Origin: a virus
IMG/VR virus record: IMGVR_UViG_3300029342_000002
Strand: one strand, 5' to 3'
Length of the DNA stretch: 64,000 nt
Under the pieces are notes generated by a model. The model searched no databases. It was not told the DNA's origin and saw only the letters and a list, made by a program, of their open reading frames with translations. The position numbers were made by a program, and so were the translations under genes. Of the stretch, positions 28,301-37,645 are shown piece after piece; the first letter of the stretch is position 1, and each line of letters starts with the position of its first letter.

Positions 28301-31223
28301 CGGCAAGGCGTTAGTGTTCGGCGACGTGATGATACAGGTGACCACAACGGGCGAGAAGCAGAGCTTGGCGGCGGTGTTCGAGGAGCAGGAGGGCAAGACT
28401 ACTGACGACGGCAACAACACCATAGCAAACCGCATGTTCTTCGGCTACGAGCCATCCGCGGACGGTGGGGAGCCTGACGTGCCACAGCCCTACGACGTGA
28501 TAGTACAGGCAGGAGACCAGATACAGTGGAACCGCTTCGGCAACCTCATCAAGCTAACGACATCTACGGAGGACGGAAGCGACAACGGAAACGCGCCCGC
28601 TATTGCGATGTATCATGCGATGGGTGCGCCTTACAAGGCGGGAGACACGGTGAATCCGTATCAGTGGAAGACGCTGACTTCCTTAGATTCCCCTCTCCTT
28701 GTGCTCAAGAATGCCAAGAACTTCAAGTTCTTCACCGATGACAACCCTGACAATATCATCGACCCTGTGACGGTGACTTACGACCTTGTACCATCCTCGG
28801 AATATATCATCCGCAAGCCGAACTCGCAGACGGCGACACCGAACGACGTGACCTTCACGCTGACAAAGCGCACGGGCAACGTGTCGGAAACGATGAAGGA
28901 CGGATATTTGCTGACGGCAGACTACACTACCACGGACGGCGAAAGCAAGAGCGGCGTGGCGATAAACCGCCTGTCTGACATCGGCGTGAGCTTCTACCTC
29001 CTCGCTTCGGTGACGGTACGGGCAACTGTCAAGGCGGACCACACCACCGTGGCTCTGACACTTCCGATCCTCTCTGACGGCGCGAAGGGCGACACGGGCA
29101 CAAGCTTCAAGGTGCTCGGCTACGCTCTTGCCCATGCCAAGACATACGCGGAGCTACAGCAGATAACGCCCACCGAGAACGGCCTTTATCTCGTTGACGA
29201 TACTACGGGCATGGAAGGTGGCAGCAAGCGTCCCTGTGTGGTGCAGTGGAAGAACGGAAAATATATCGTGTGTGACTCAAACGACGGCGACTCATACAAG
29301 ATAGGCGAAATACTCTGGACGAATACGGGCACGTACTGGCTGGACATAGGCAGCGTGAAGGGCGAGGGTGTGGTGATATCGGACATGAGCGTGACGTACG
29401 CCATATCTGACAGCGCTACGGTGACACCTACGGAATGGCAGTCGGCCATCATCGCCGCCACCGACGCGAAGCCCTATCTCTGGACGAGGACAACGGTGAC
29501 CTACAAGGATTCGGAGGGAGAGCATACGACGGTGTCATACGCCATAGCCTACAAGGGCAAGGACGGCGACAAGGGAGACCCCGGAGCAAACGGCAAGGAC
29601 GCGGTGGAGTTTATTCTAAAGAATGCGCCTCTTGTGTTTGACACAGACGAGAACGGCGTGGTATCGGCAAGTGTAAGCAAGACCGCCACCATACAAGTGA
29701 TGCGTTCCGGTAAGAACATCACATCGGAGGTGAGCAATCTCTTCCCGAGCAACAGCAACATGGGCTGCGGAAAACCGACGCTGACAAAGCGGACTGACGG
29801 CATAGACGTGACGATATCGGGAGCTTCGATAAACAAAGACAGCAAGCTCGGTGTGAGTGTGACGAGCGGATACGTAATCGTGTATATGGCAATCGGAAGT
29901 ACGCTATACTCTCAGCAGATACCCTTTTTGGTGAACTTGGCAAAGTTTACGGGGACGATATCGGCTGACAACAAGAAGCTGCGGACGGATTATACGGAGC
30001 TGACGAACCGTGTAGGAGCAGTGGAGACGGACGTAAACGGAATCCCTATCAAGACGCAGGAAAAGCTGACGAAATACACCTCGACCATTGAGCAGACGGC
30101 CCGTGAAATATCGCTGAAGGTGACGGAGGAGACCGTGAACATGGCACGTAACTGCATCGTCGGCTCGGCGCTGAGGGAATATGACGAAATAACGCCAATC
30201 AACGGTACGAAGAACGTGACGATAATGACGCAGGGCGTGGGTGGCACTAACTATGCCCAATGCTACTGTATCGGAGCCACTGCAAACTCTTGGACGGGCC
30301 TGTACTTCAAGGACGTGCGCGTGAAGCCGCAGACAAAATACATATTCAGCGTATGGATGAGAATGACGGCAAAGCCCGACAATGGCAGCTACGTGGCTAT
30401 AAAGACATACAACACCTCCGTGACTGGCACGGAGGTGGCACGCATCCCGTTCCCTGACAGTCAGACACTGAACGTTTGGGCATTGTACAAGGTGGCGGTG
30501 AGCGTTCCGGCAGCATGTAACCGCCTTCTGATAGAGACAGGCGTGAGAAAGAACGGAGCGATAGACCTGTGTCGTCCGATGCTGGAAGAAGGCGATACGT
30601 ACCAAGGCTGGAGCCTCTCGCCTTACGACGTAACCATAGACGATGCAGTGGTGGCGACAGGCTTAGACATCAAGAACGGCATCATCAAGGCAACGGCTGA
30701 TAAATTCGAGATAAGAAACAACAACGGCGAACAGACGGCTACCGTGAACGAGAAGGGACGCTTGGAGGTAAAGAGCGGTTTGTTTTCGGGTTTTATAGTG
30801 AAGAAGATGACGACACTCACTCCTGATAACATTTCCGAATATCTTAAAAGCTCACAGAGCAATGGCTATTTAGACATAGACTTTTCGACGGCTGGCTCAT
30901 ACGTGTGCTTTACGGGCGCGATGAAGGCGAAATTTGGAGACAATTATCCTTCACCTGTACTTCCTTACTACAATATAGGCAGTATAAGTGCATCACTCGG
31001 CGTAACGGCGGAAGAAGCAATATCCTACATAGGACAAATCGTGATAATAGCGAACAAGAGCGATACGACGGTAAACGTTGTTTGCGGAGGAACTATCAAG
31101 GGTGGCGGCACACAGTCGCAGTGGATAGAAACGGGCTACATGGCTGTGTTGACTTGCGAGTTCGAGTACACATCGGTAAAGAACTATAAAATAGTATGGA
31201 ATGGATATTGTGTGAAAATATAA
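25374..31223 (+). CDS. giant distal tail / host-specificity protein (1949 aa)
   Basis: Start taken at M51 of ORF 25224 (ATGA coupling). Position follows the tape measure and distal tail genes. Contains a short collagen-like stretch GKDGDKGDPGANGKD near 29555-29602. Confidence 0.8.
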   Translation: MKERIRVYHKDGSLLNDMEGNAVELSAVEMTDGWMEDCFVQTTIESAYPINFSIGDYIVYRGERYELNYDPGKAKTARAGSDRGAFRYENVKLNALQDELVRAQFLDVVLGMENTEEQTIPYTALPKFGFYVQTVDDLLDRIQANMDEQMGAGLWALYSRNKERSLQRGCDGTVWEEMYGKGTTETIIDSAALTIDNQNCWNALALVNSKWDINFVVRGRNVFVDTTGLEVPYEFVYGKRRGLYEITQTADDSQAVTTRLRAYGSEKNLPTHYYANLCVDVFGETSKISHLASSTNTVLHVTIPSLSWAAAGSYFTSVRDGSAAESREYNVTVKAGDVEGRGYAVSSARKEGEGTVTIILNSSNDEYGMTMNDVEDFYTAVMKERKVYFLQGVNKQSFPSKNMIANTDQMPSHMAVTRLMLPGFPKMSVKEWWDTQATEEEKAWINPSGKEHLLSELKNRPYVDSVNIKELGVRNGSVMFDTENKKEGIIEIYPTIEEMTVDGQRIDELNSGSAIKDNGIFKDGQTVPPFSVTLSPKVNFDINMLKKEDFTISMKDGKCGGREFKVNGSVKENGVWKLTLDRVKDDALELYFPNKDFQMESGDHFVLTGIEMPDSYVEAASAKLLKYALAWLDKNDYTRYVFEPKVDEIFMAYQHDKAKADTTGKTASLYETLKAGSLLHFSDTDLKIDKSGVIERLIIREELGSIPTYDVTIKEDKDVGTLQKMQDAIDTVTMSVKSGLSSAQIEGLIRSRGAKYFLSKTDPDTAQDVIRFLRGLTVGRTGDGYGVTGEGAATLSSCVVESVRNAEATDEDRTIVGGKGFDLYMGKDGKSHLYIDYLTTRTKFFAASAEVRKVSYSGGTTLFSNAGSTIMKVAHVLDDAGVTVGYKCYAAADDGTTRTANWWHVGMMALCQTFNVKAGETENLQNRYYWRLVVGTGQETLEDGKLYDYVILSNKRAFMGSEACVPVTSQRVIGADGKALVFGDVMIQVTTTGEKQSLAAVFEEQEGKTTDDGNNTIANRMFFGYEPSADGGEPDVPQPYDVIVQAGDQIQWNRFGNLIKLTTSTEDGSDNGNAPAIAMYHAMGAPYKAGDTVNPYQWKTLTSLDSPLLVLKNAKNFKFFTDDNPDNIIDPVTVTYDLVPSSEYIIRKPNSQTATPNDVTFTLTKRTGNVSETMKDGYLLTADYTTTDGESKSGVAINRLSDIGVSFYLLASVTVRATVKADHTTVALTLPILSDGAKGDTGTSFKVLGYALAHAKTYAELQQITPTENGLYLVDDTTGMEGGSKRPCVVQWKNGKYIVCDSNDGDSYKIGEILWTNTGTYWLDIGSVKGEGVVISDMSVTYAISDSATVTPTEWQSAIIAATDAKPYLWTRTTVTYKDSEGEHTTVSYAIAYKGKDGDKGDPGANGKDAVEFILKNAPLVFDTDENGVVSASVSKTATIQVMRSGKNITSEVSNLFPSNSNMGCGKPTLTKRTDGIDVTISGASINKDSKLGVSVTSGYVIVYMAIGSTLYSQQIPFLVNLAKFTGTISADNKKLRTDYTELTNRVGAVETDVNGIPIKTQEKLTKYTSTIEQTAREISLKVTEETVNMARNCIVGSALREYDEITPINGTKNVTIMTQGVGGTNYAQCYCIGATANSWTGLYFKDVRVKPQTKYIFSVWMRMTAKPDNGSYVAIKTYNTSVTGTEVARIPFPDSQTLNVWALYKVAVSVPAACNRLLIETGVRKNGAIDLCRPMLEEGDTYQGWSLSPYDVTIDDAVVATGLDIKNGIIKATADKFEIRNNNGEQTATVNEKGRLEVKSGLFSGFIVKKMTTLTPDNISEYLKSSQSNGYLDIDFSTAGSYVCFTGAMKAKFGDNYPSPVLPYYNIGSISASLGVTAEEAISYIGQIVIIANKSDTTVNVVCGGTIKGGGTQSQWIETGYMAVLTCEFEYTSVKNYKIVWNGYCVKI

Positions 31224-31234
31224 AATATTAAGAT

Positions 31235-31837
31235 ATGAAAAAGATACGTATAGGCAATGACATTAACTTCCGATGGACTGTCAAACGTGGCGGAGAGGCA
31301 GAAAGCTTTGAGGGGAAAACTGTCAAGGTTCTACTGCGTAATACGTATGGTCGTCATTGTGATATTGACTGGCATACAGAACCAGGCGGTATCATCGCTG
31401 GCACGTGCTACGGCTCTACGCAGCATTACCTTGGAGCTTACACCCTCACATTAGTTGAGAACGACGGCGAACGAGGCATGAACACTGTAGATAAAATTGA
31501 CGTATGGCAGCTTGTGGCACAGCAGGATAGTTCTGTTATGGAGACTAAAAATGATTGTGTCGGTTCGCAAGTAGAAACCGTCACGGCTCTCATAGAGTCG
31601 GAAATAGGTCTTGGTGGAGCAGCGCAAGTGACAATAGATGTGGAATTAAACGAAGAGTCATACAACGCCATCGCCAATGCGTCTGTAACAAAGGCTTTCA
31701 AGGAAGTGCGTAAAGATGTTGATTCTTTGAATTTGGAAATGAAGGAACTGAAACCACGTGTTGAGACGTTGGAAGAAGTTAAAACAGAAGCAATAGACCT
31801 AAAGGGCATTGATGATGCCTTTAACGATAGCATATAG
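31235..31837 (+). CDS. hypothetical tail-associated protein
   Basis: 200-aa ORF between the giant tail protein and the tail fibre genes. Confidence 0.6.
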   Translation: MKKIRIGNDINFRWTVKRGGEAESFEGKTVKVLLRNTYGRHCDIDWHTEPGGIIAGTCYGSTQHYLGAYTLTLVENDGERGMNTVDKIDVWQLVAQQDSSVMETKNDCVGSQVETVTALIESEIGLGGAAQVTIDVELNEESYNAIANASVTKAFKEVRKDVDSLNLEMKELKPRVETLEEVKTEAIDLKGIDDAFNDSI

Positions 31838-31901
31838 CATTACAATGAGATTTTTTACAATCTATATATCAATGTTTTATTAATTAATTTTTTTAAGAAT
31901 T

Positions 31902-33098
31902 ATGGCAAAGTATTTAGACGAGAAAGGTCTGTCAAGACTCGTTGTGAAGACCAAAGAGTATGCGGATCATTCTTCCGCAGCAGTGAAGACAGCTGTAGAT
32001 GGCTATACCATCAACGGCAAAAAGATTTCCACTAACCCAGTGATTGCAAAGGCTGATGTGGGCTTGGCTAACGTGGACAACGTTAAGCAGATACCTGCAT
32101 CGGAGAAGGGTAAGGCGAACGGCGTGGCAACTCTCGGCACTGACAGCAAACTTACAGCGGCACAGATGCCGGCAATGAAGACAATTAACGGTGAGAGCGT
32201 CGTGGGTTCTGGTAACATCAAAATAGACCTGTCACTCTACAAGGTTGTTACTGACTTTCCTACATCAAACATTGATGCCACGAAGATTTACTTGAAGCTT
32301 GCTTCAAGCACAGCTGAAAAGAATGTCTATGCGGAGTATATTTATACTGGTGACACAACGGCAGCATACGACGCATCAAAGTGGGAAAAATTGGGTGAGG
32401 CGCAGACATCAATTATCGTGGATGCAGCATTCTCTACATCATCGACCAATCCGGTGCAGAACAAGGTTGTCACAGCTAAGATAAATACAATTCAGGACAA
32501 TCTTACCGCCCACACCACCAACAACAAGAATCCGCACGGAGTCACCAAAGTTCAGGTAGGTCTTGGCAACGTAACAAACGAGGCGCAGATACCCTTAAGC
32601 CAGAAGGGTGCAAATAACGGTGTAGCTGCTCTTGACGGTGACGGGCACGTCAAGGACAGCCACCTGTGGGATGCTTCGGAAGGTTTCCACGGTCTCATTT
32701 CAGCAGACGACTGGAAGAGACTTGATGATGTGTACGGTGTGTACGACAGCAAAACCATGATGGTCAAAGAGGGTGCTATCCCCACATCCGCATACGGCGT
32801 AGTTGAGTTCGGCGGAATGACATCTGGAGAAAACGTCACCATGTCAGGTTCTACAACACAAGGAAAGATAATGTTCAACACAACCAAGAAGTGTTTTGTT
32901 GAGGTTGTCGGCTCGACACAGTACGGTGCGCTTAGTGGCGGAAACATGTATGGCACTCTTTCCGGCGGACTGATCAAGCCTACAGCAGGAAAGATTTACT
33001 CAATGGGCACAAGCCTGTATATGCTTGACGCTACGTCAGGCGGTCTTGTCCTTATCAACGGCAGGATAGACGAGACCTACATCGAATCATTGTTCTAA
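31902..33098 (+). CDS. tail fibre protein 1
   Basis: N-terminus MAKYLDEKGLSRLV and the motif STSSTNPVQNKVVTAKI are shared with the next ORF. Gly/Ser/Thr-rich fibre-like composition. Confidence 0.7.
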   Translation: MAKYLDEKGLSRLVVKTKEYADHSSAAVKTAVDGYTINGKKISTNPVIAKADVGLANVDNVKQIPASEKGKANGVATLGTDSKLTAAQMPAMKTINGESVVGSGNIKIDLSLYKVVTDFPTSNIDATKIYLKLASSTAEKNVYAEYIYTGDTTAAYDASKWEKLGEAQTSIIVDAAFSTSSTNPVQNKVVTAKINTIQDNLTAHTTNNKNPHGVTKVQVGLGNVTNEAQIPLSQKGANNGVAALDGDGHVKDSHLWDASEGFHGLISADDWKRLDDVYGVYDSKTMMVKEGAIPTSAYGVVEFGGMTSGENVTMSGSTTQGKIMFNTTKKCFVEVVGSTQYGALSGGNMYGTLSGGLIKPTAGKIYSMGTSLYMLDATSGGLVLINGRIDETYIESLF

Positions 33099-33153
33099 TT
33101 TTTAATTCATCGCTACGCTCACCTTATTGGTGGGCGTGGCTCAATTTTCTACT

Positions 33154-33870
33154 ATGGCATATCTTGACGATAAAGGACTCTCCCACCTTGTGACGAAGCT
33201 TAAGACAATGCTTTCGTCCTATTTCAACAAGGTAGAGACAATAGGTAGCGGAAACGCCATCACTGATGTCACGATAGATGGCAACAAGCTAACCTTTAAG
33301 CGCAATACGACATTTGCAACAACCAACAATAACATAACGGTTGACTCGGCTCTCAGCAGTACATCCACCAACCCGGTGCAGAACAAGGTTGTCTATACGG
33401 CTCTCAACGGCAAGGCTTCGACAACACACAGCCACAACATCACATCCCTTAACAACGTAAGCGTCACATTGAAGAATGTCACGACGGGAGGTTGGGAAGT
33501 TATCGGTTCGGACTATAGCACGGGCACATGGCTGAGGGTCATCAAAGGTGCCAATAACGCTCCCGCATGGTACGCCCCAAAATACGCAAGCGGTCTTGCT
33601 TTCGGCGTAGGCGACATCAAGGGTGTGCTATCATTGTCGAACTCTCTGACAAAGGTCTGCTTCGCCTCCGGAGGCATTGCGCAAGGGACTCCAGGCTGGT
33701 ATTTTACATTGACAGGAACAACCGAGAAAGAGTATAGTCTTGACAACATACCGAAAAGCAAAATGGCAGCGCAAGCAGAATTGTCTTCCTCAGCATCATT
33801 AACAACCGTAATAAACAAAGTAAACGCTATTATAAAAGCATTGAAGACGGCAGGAATAATGAACTCTTAA
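33154..33870 (+). CDS. tail fibre protein 2 (paralog)
   Basis: Start taken at MAYLDDKGLSHLV. Shares STSTNPVQNKVVYTAL with fibre 1, but the C-terminus is divergent. Confidence 0.65.
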   Translation: MAYLDDKGLSHLVTKLKTMLSSYFNKVETIGSGNAITDVTIDGNKLTFKRNTTFATTNNNITVDSALSSTSTNPVQNKVVYTALNGKASTTHSHNITSLNNVSVTLKNVTTGGWEVIGSDYSTGTWLRVIKGANNAPAWYAPKYASGLAFGVGDIKGVLSLSNSLTKVCFASGGIAQGTPGWYFTLTGTTEKEYSLDNIPKSKMAAQAELSSSASLTTVINKVNAIIKALKTAGIMNS

Positions 33871-33982
33871 AAAGGGATTTGGCAATGAACGATGAGCCTC
33901 AATGAGCCTTTCTAAGCCTATCTGTGCCGCTGCTTAATGGGCGCAAATAAGAAACAATAACTGACAAATAACAAATAAGAAG

Positions 33983-34501
33983 ATGACACCTAAGGAATTT
34001 TGTAAATGGATGGCTCCTGCGGCTTATAATGCGGACATTTCGCCCGTGTTTATCATTGCTCAGGCGGCACTGGAGAGCGGATGGGGCAAGAGCACCATCG
34101 GCAAGTATAATGTATTTGGTATAACGAGAGGCGGGTGGCCTGTGGAGAAATGCCTGCTTGTCACAACGCATGAGTATTTCAGGACTAAGACGGTGAGGTT
34201 CACGGCGCCGGAGAAGGTGGTGAAGATTGAGTATGTGGCTGGCAAGGGTCTGTATAAGTATACTTGCAAGCGGCTGTTCCGAAACTACGCCACTCTTGGC
34301 GAGGCGCTGAGAGACCATGCGGCTGTGCTGAAGCATTCATGGCCGGAAGCTTGGGCGTACCGTATGAGTCCTGAGAACTACGTGAAGAAGATACAGGAGG
34401 GGCGGAAAAAGTATGCGACGGCTCCGAACTACGTGGAGACTATGGAGAGGATGTTCGGGACGGTGAGAAAGGCTATGAAGGAGGCTGGACTGAGCTGCTA
34501 A
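33983..34501 (+). CDS. endolysin, N-acetylglucosaminidase (FlgJ/mannosyl-glycoprotein endo-beta-N-acetylglucosaminidase-like)
   Basis: The motif FIIAQAALESGWGKS..NVFGI is characteristic of the glucosaminidase domain. Confidence 0.85.
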   Translation: MTPKEFCKWMAPAAYNADISPVFIIAQAALESGWGKSTIGKYNVFGITRGGWPVEKCLLVTTHEYFRTKTVRFTAPEKVVKIEYVAGKGLYKYTCKRLFRNYATLGEALRDHAAVLKHSWPEAWAYRMSPENYVKKIQEGRKKYATAPNYVETMERMFGTVRKAMKEAGLSC

Positions 34502-34571
34502 GCTTCTTGGCTTTTAGGAAGGATTATTCTTTTGTTTGGGATTTTTTGTTAATGTAAAAAAGATTGATTGG

Positions 34572-35048
34572 ATGGTTAATAACTTGACTACAAGTACGGG
34601 TAAGGCCGTCGTTTTGGGGACAATGGGAGGGGAGGCGCTGTCTGCGCTCTTCGATTTGAGATGGATGTTGGTGCTGATAGTGGTGCTGATAGTGGCGGAC
34701 TTCTGGTTCGGCGTGAGCGAGAGTCTGCATAAACATGAGCATTTCCGCTTTTCGAGAGCGGGCAGAAGAACGTGTAACAAGGCGGTGGACTATATCACGT
34801 ATCTGATATTAGGTTCGGTGCTCGGTCTGGCTATCTTCGAGCCGTTGGGATGGACGAATCATGTGGTGACGGCGGCGGTAGGACTTGGCTTTGGGTGTGT
34901 ATGGGAGGTGGACTCTATCGTCGGGCATGTGTGTGAGCTGCACGGCGTGAAGAACAGGTTCTCGATAAAGCGCTTCATTATAGCATTGATGAAGAAGAAA
35001 GACGAGGACATCGGCGAGGCTGTGGAGGAGGCGATGAAAAAAGAGTGA
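34572..35048 (+). CDS. holin-like membrane protein
   Basis: First ATG of ORF 34536 (which starts at TTG). About 3 TM segments (WMLVLIVVLIVADFWFG, YITYLILGSVLGLAIF, VVTAAVGLGFGCVW) and a charged C-terminus. Lies next to the endolysin. Confidence 0.65.
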   Translation: MVNNLTTSTGKAVVLGTMGGEALSALFDLRWMLVLIVVLIVADFWFGVSESLHKHEHFRFSRAGRRTCNKAVDYITYLILGSVLGLAIFEPLGWTNHVVTAAVGLGFGCVWEVDSIVGHVCELHGVKNRFSIKRFIIALMKKKDEDIGEAVEEAMKKE

Positions 35049-35079
35049 AGGAAGATAAAGTTTTTAAGGAGAAACGGTT

Positions 35080-35625
35080 ATGATGGACGAATTATATAGT
35101 AAATTTGTAGGAGCACTGTGGGGGATGCTGCTCTGCCTGATGGTCAGTATGCTGGCCGGCTGCGGCGCGAAGAAGCCCGCGGTGCTGACAAGAACGGACA
35201 GCGTGAGGGTGACGAAGGTGGCGAAGGACACTGTGTACTGGAACCGCATAGTGCTGAGATACGTGGAGAGGGCGAAGACGGACAAGACCGTGAACAGGGA
35301 CTCGACGGCTACGACCGTGGACGAAGACGGAAACGTAAAGAAGACGGAGGCTTGGCACTGGAGGGACAGGTACGTGGAGAACTCGCTGAACACGCTAATG
35401 AAGGACAGCTTGGAGACGTACAAGGCGATGGTGGACTCGATGGCGAACATTGGCAGAAAAAACAATGACGTGCCTGTGCCGGTGGAGAGAAAGCTGAGCT
35501 GGTGGGAGAGAAACATAGAAAAGCCCATCGCGTCCTGCATCGTTGTCATAATAATAGGCGCTGTGGTTCTGCTGACTCTCAGATATGCGAGAGGAAGGCT
35601 GAAGAACGGCGGGAAGAAAGAATAA
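35080..35625 (+). CDS. candidate unimolecular spanin (lipoprotein with C-terminal TM)
   Basis: Signal peptide with lipobox LLCLMVSMLAGC, C-terminal TM IASCIVVIIIGAVVLLTL, basic tail. Last gene of the lysis cassette. Confidence 0.5.
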   Translation: MMDELYSKFVGALWGMLLCLMVSMLAGCGAKKPAVLTRTDSVRVTKVAKDTVYWNRIVLRYVERAKTDKTVNRDSTATTVDEDGNVKKTEAWHWRDRYVENSLNTLMKDSLETYKAMVDSMANIGRKNNDVPVPVERKLSWWERNIEKPIASCIVVIIIGAVVLLTLRYARGRLKNGGKKE

Positions 35626-35863
35626 AAAAGAAATTGTTTGGATTATTAGATATGGTTAATGGCTTTAGTTATTAGTTTTTTAATTTAAGGTTAATAGATT
35701 TGTTTCAGGTAAGCCTTGCCCGTCCGTAGAGGATAGGTAAGGCTTTAATTTCCAAATTGTAATAATAAACCTTTTTTACATAACACTTTGCCACTTAAAT
35801 CAAGTATGTATTAACTATTTGAAAAATTAACAGTTAAATTAACTGCATTCTGATAATTTTTGC

Positions 35864-35871
35864 TATATTTG
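35864..35871 (+). promoter_or_regulatory. Bacteroides-type -7 box TATATTTG
   Basis: Matches the TAnnTTTG consensus, about 30 bp upstream of the ATG at 35901, in a 275-bp AT-rich spacer. Confidence 0.4.
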
Positions 35872-35900
35872 CACAATATCAGATTTTAGACTAAACGATT

Positions 35901-36407
35901 ATGACAGAAGAAAAGAAAAAGGCACTCCTTTCTGTTTTAGACGGAATGGACGTGAGCGAGGTTATCTCGCTGTTAATAATGAGTGGTAACAGCTATTCAA
36001 GAAGATTGTTGAAATTCATCAAGTGGATAACTAAATGGCTACCTATATGTATAATGGTGTGGCATAGTTTTGCCATGTTGGATTTCTCAAAGAATCCGAG
36101 AGAAATGTTTATCGTGCATTCCGAACACTGGCCAAGCTACGCATTTATATATGTGTTACTGTATGTATTACCACTTGTGCTCATACTGTTCAGTAGATTC
36201 TTCTGGCTGTGTTGGGTATACAGGATTCCGTTCTTTTATTACTTCGGTGTAAATGCTATACATCTCACTTATTGGTCTTGGTATACCACTAAAGAAATGG
36301 TAATGTCATGTATGTCTGTAATAGTAATGACAGGAGTATTTTACTTGTACTGGGTAATAGATTGGTTATTAACAAGAACAAGAATAGGTAAAAGGATTTT
36401 CTTCTAA
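35901..36407 (+). CDS. polytopic membrane protein (paralog of 38704..39111)
   Basis: 168 aa with about 4 TM segments. Shares the motif W.YRIPFFYYFGV with the W.WRIPFLYLAGV of the other ORF. Confidence 0.65.
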   Translation: MTEEKKKALLSVLDGMDVSEVISLLIMSGNSYSRRLLKFIKWITKWLPICIMVWHSFAMLDFSKNPREMFIVHSEHWPSYAFIYVLLYVLPLVLILFSRFFWLCWVYRIPFFYYFGVNAIHLTYWSWYTTKEMVMSCMSVIVMTGVFYLYWVIDWLLTRTRIGKRIFF

Positions 36408-36413
36408 AGCAAA

Positions 36414-36767
36414 ATGGCTATGAAAAGAAAAGTATTCAACTATTACACCTTGGCTCTCATTCTGAAATCTCTGTATGAGAGCTGTATGAAGGCATGGGAA
36501 CAACAGAAGAATGGAGAAAAGGTAACAGCTTGTGGAATGTCAGATGAAGATATAGAAGAATTATGCGAAGACTATCTTCCGAATCTGATGAATCCTATGA
36601 TGTCTAAAGAAGAAGTACAACGTAAGCTTGGTGTCAGTGAAGCTACACTCAACAGAATGGTAAAAAGAGGTGATATTCCAAACGGACAGCAAGACGTAGG
36701 AGGTCATGTTAGATGGTGGAAAAAATGGGATATACTACCATTCATAAGGAAAAAGCATAAGAAATGA
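36414..36767 (+). CDS. HTH DNA-binding protein (AlpA/excisionase-like HTH_17 type)
   Basis: C-terminal LGVSEATLNRMVKRGDIPNGQQ..RWWKKWDILPFI. Confidence 0.55.
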   Translation: MAMKRKVFNYYTLALILKSLYESCMKAWEQQKNGEKVTACGMSDEDIEELCEDYLPNLMNPMMSKEEVQRKLGVSEATLNRMVKRGDIPNGQQDVGGHVRWWKKWDILPFIRKKHKK

Positions 36768-36821
36768 TAGTATATGTTATCAACGTAAACAACTGAATTT
36801 CAGAGAATAATAAAAAATGTG

Positions 36822-36860
36822 AGCGTGTTATGGCTTTATTGGTCGTAACACGCTAATTTT
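36822..36860 (+). terminator. rho-independent terminator
   Basis: Stem AGCGTGTTA...TAACACGCT (9 bp) followed by AATTTTG. Confidence 0.55.
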
Positions 36861-36919
36861 GTGCCTGTAACGTTACAGAATAGTGTTAGTTAATATTGAG
36901 GATTTAAAAAGATTGTATT

Positions 36920-37645
36920 ATGGAGATGACAGATGCAAAAGTAGTAGAGAAGAAAATCTACGAAGAGGGAAAGAAGCACGATGATTATGCTTCTAAGGCA
37001 ACAGGTAATGCTGGTCTTACCCTTGGTATCATCGGCACGGCACTCGGTGCTGGCGCTTGGTTGCTTGGCGGTAACAACCGCAGCGTGTTTGGTTCTCTCG
37101 GTGGCAGCAACATGCCTGAGAACGTGAACATCAACGCCTATGGGGCTAACGCAAGCTCAAATCAGCCAACCGCCTTGCAGGTAATGGAGAAGGAATGCGC
37201 TGATGAGGTGAAGCTGCTTACCGACATGTTCGGTTTGAAGCTCGACACCGCTAACAAGTTCTACGCTATGCGTGAGACTGACATCGCAGAGAAGTTCTCT
37301 ATGTACAAGGGTGCTAACGATGCTATCAACGCTGAGAACCGCCGTGCAATGCAGGCTGAGTTTGGTCTTTACAAGTCTCAGATTGATGCGGACTTCGGTC
37401 TGTACAAGAATCAGAGAGACCAGTATGACGCACTACAGGCTAAGTATAGTGACCTCGACAAGAAGGTAGCCGTGATGGAGGCTCTTACTCCTTACAAGGA
37501 GAAGCTGATGATGGCTTACGTTAACGAGAAGTGTTGCCGCAAGATAGATGGTCAGCTTGTGCTCCCTTCTACGCCAGTAGTTACTGGTTACGGCAGCTAT
37601 TGCTGTAACGGTACTGCTCCTTCCACTCCCACTACAGGAGCGTAA
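36920..37645 (+). CDS. hypothetical membrane-anchored protein
   Basis: 241 aa. TM segment GLTLGIIGTALGAGAWLL, and an internal repeat EFGLYKSQIDADFGLYKNQRD. Confidence 0.6.
   Translation: MEMTDAKVVEKKIYEEGKKHDDYASKATGNAGLTLGIIGTALGAGAWLLGGNNRSVFGSLGGSNMPENVNINAYGANASSNQPTALQVMEKECADEVKLLTDMFGLKLDTANKFYAMRETDIAEKFSMYKGANDAINAENRRAMQAEFGLYKSQIDADFGLYKNQRDQYDALQAKYSDLDKKVAVMEALTPYKEKLMMAYVNEKCCRKIDGQLVLPSTPVVTGYGSYCCNGTAPSTPTTGA

Noticed and set aside
35700-35750. A terminator after the spanin gene (AAGCCTT...AAGGCTT).
   Set aside because: It has only a 7-bp stem with a loop of about 23 nt and no clean T-run, which is too weak to call.
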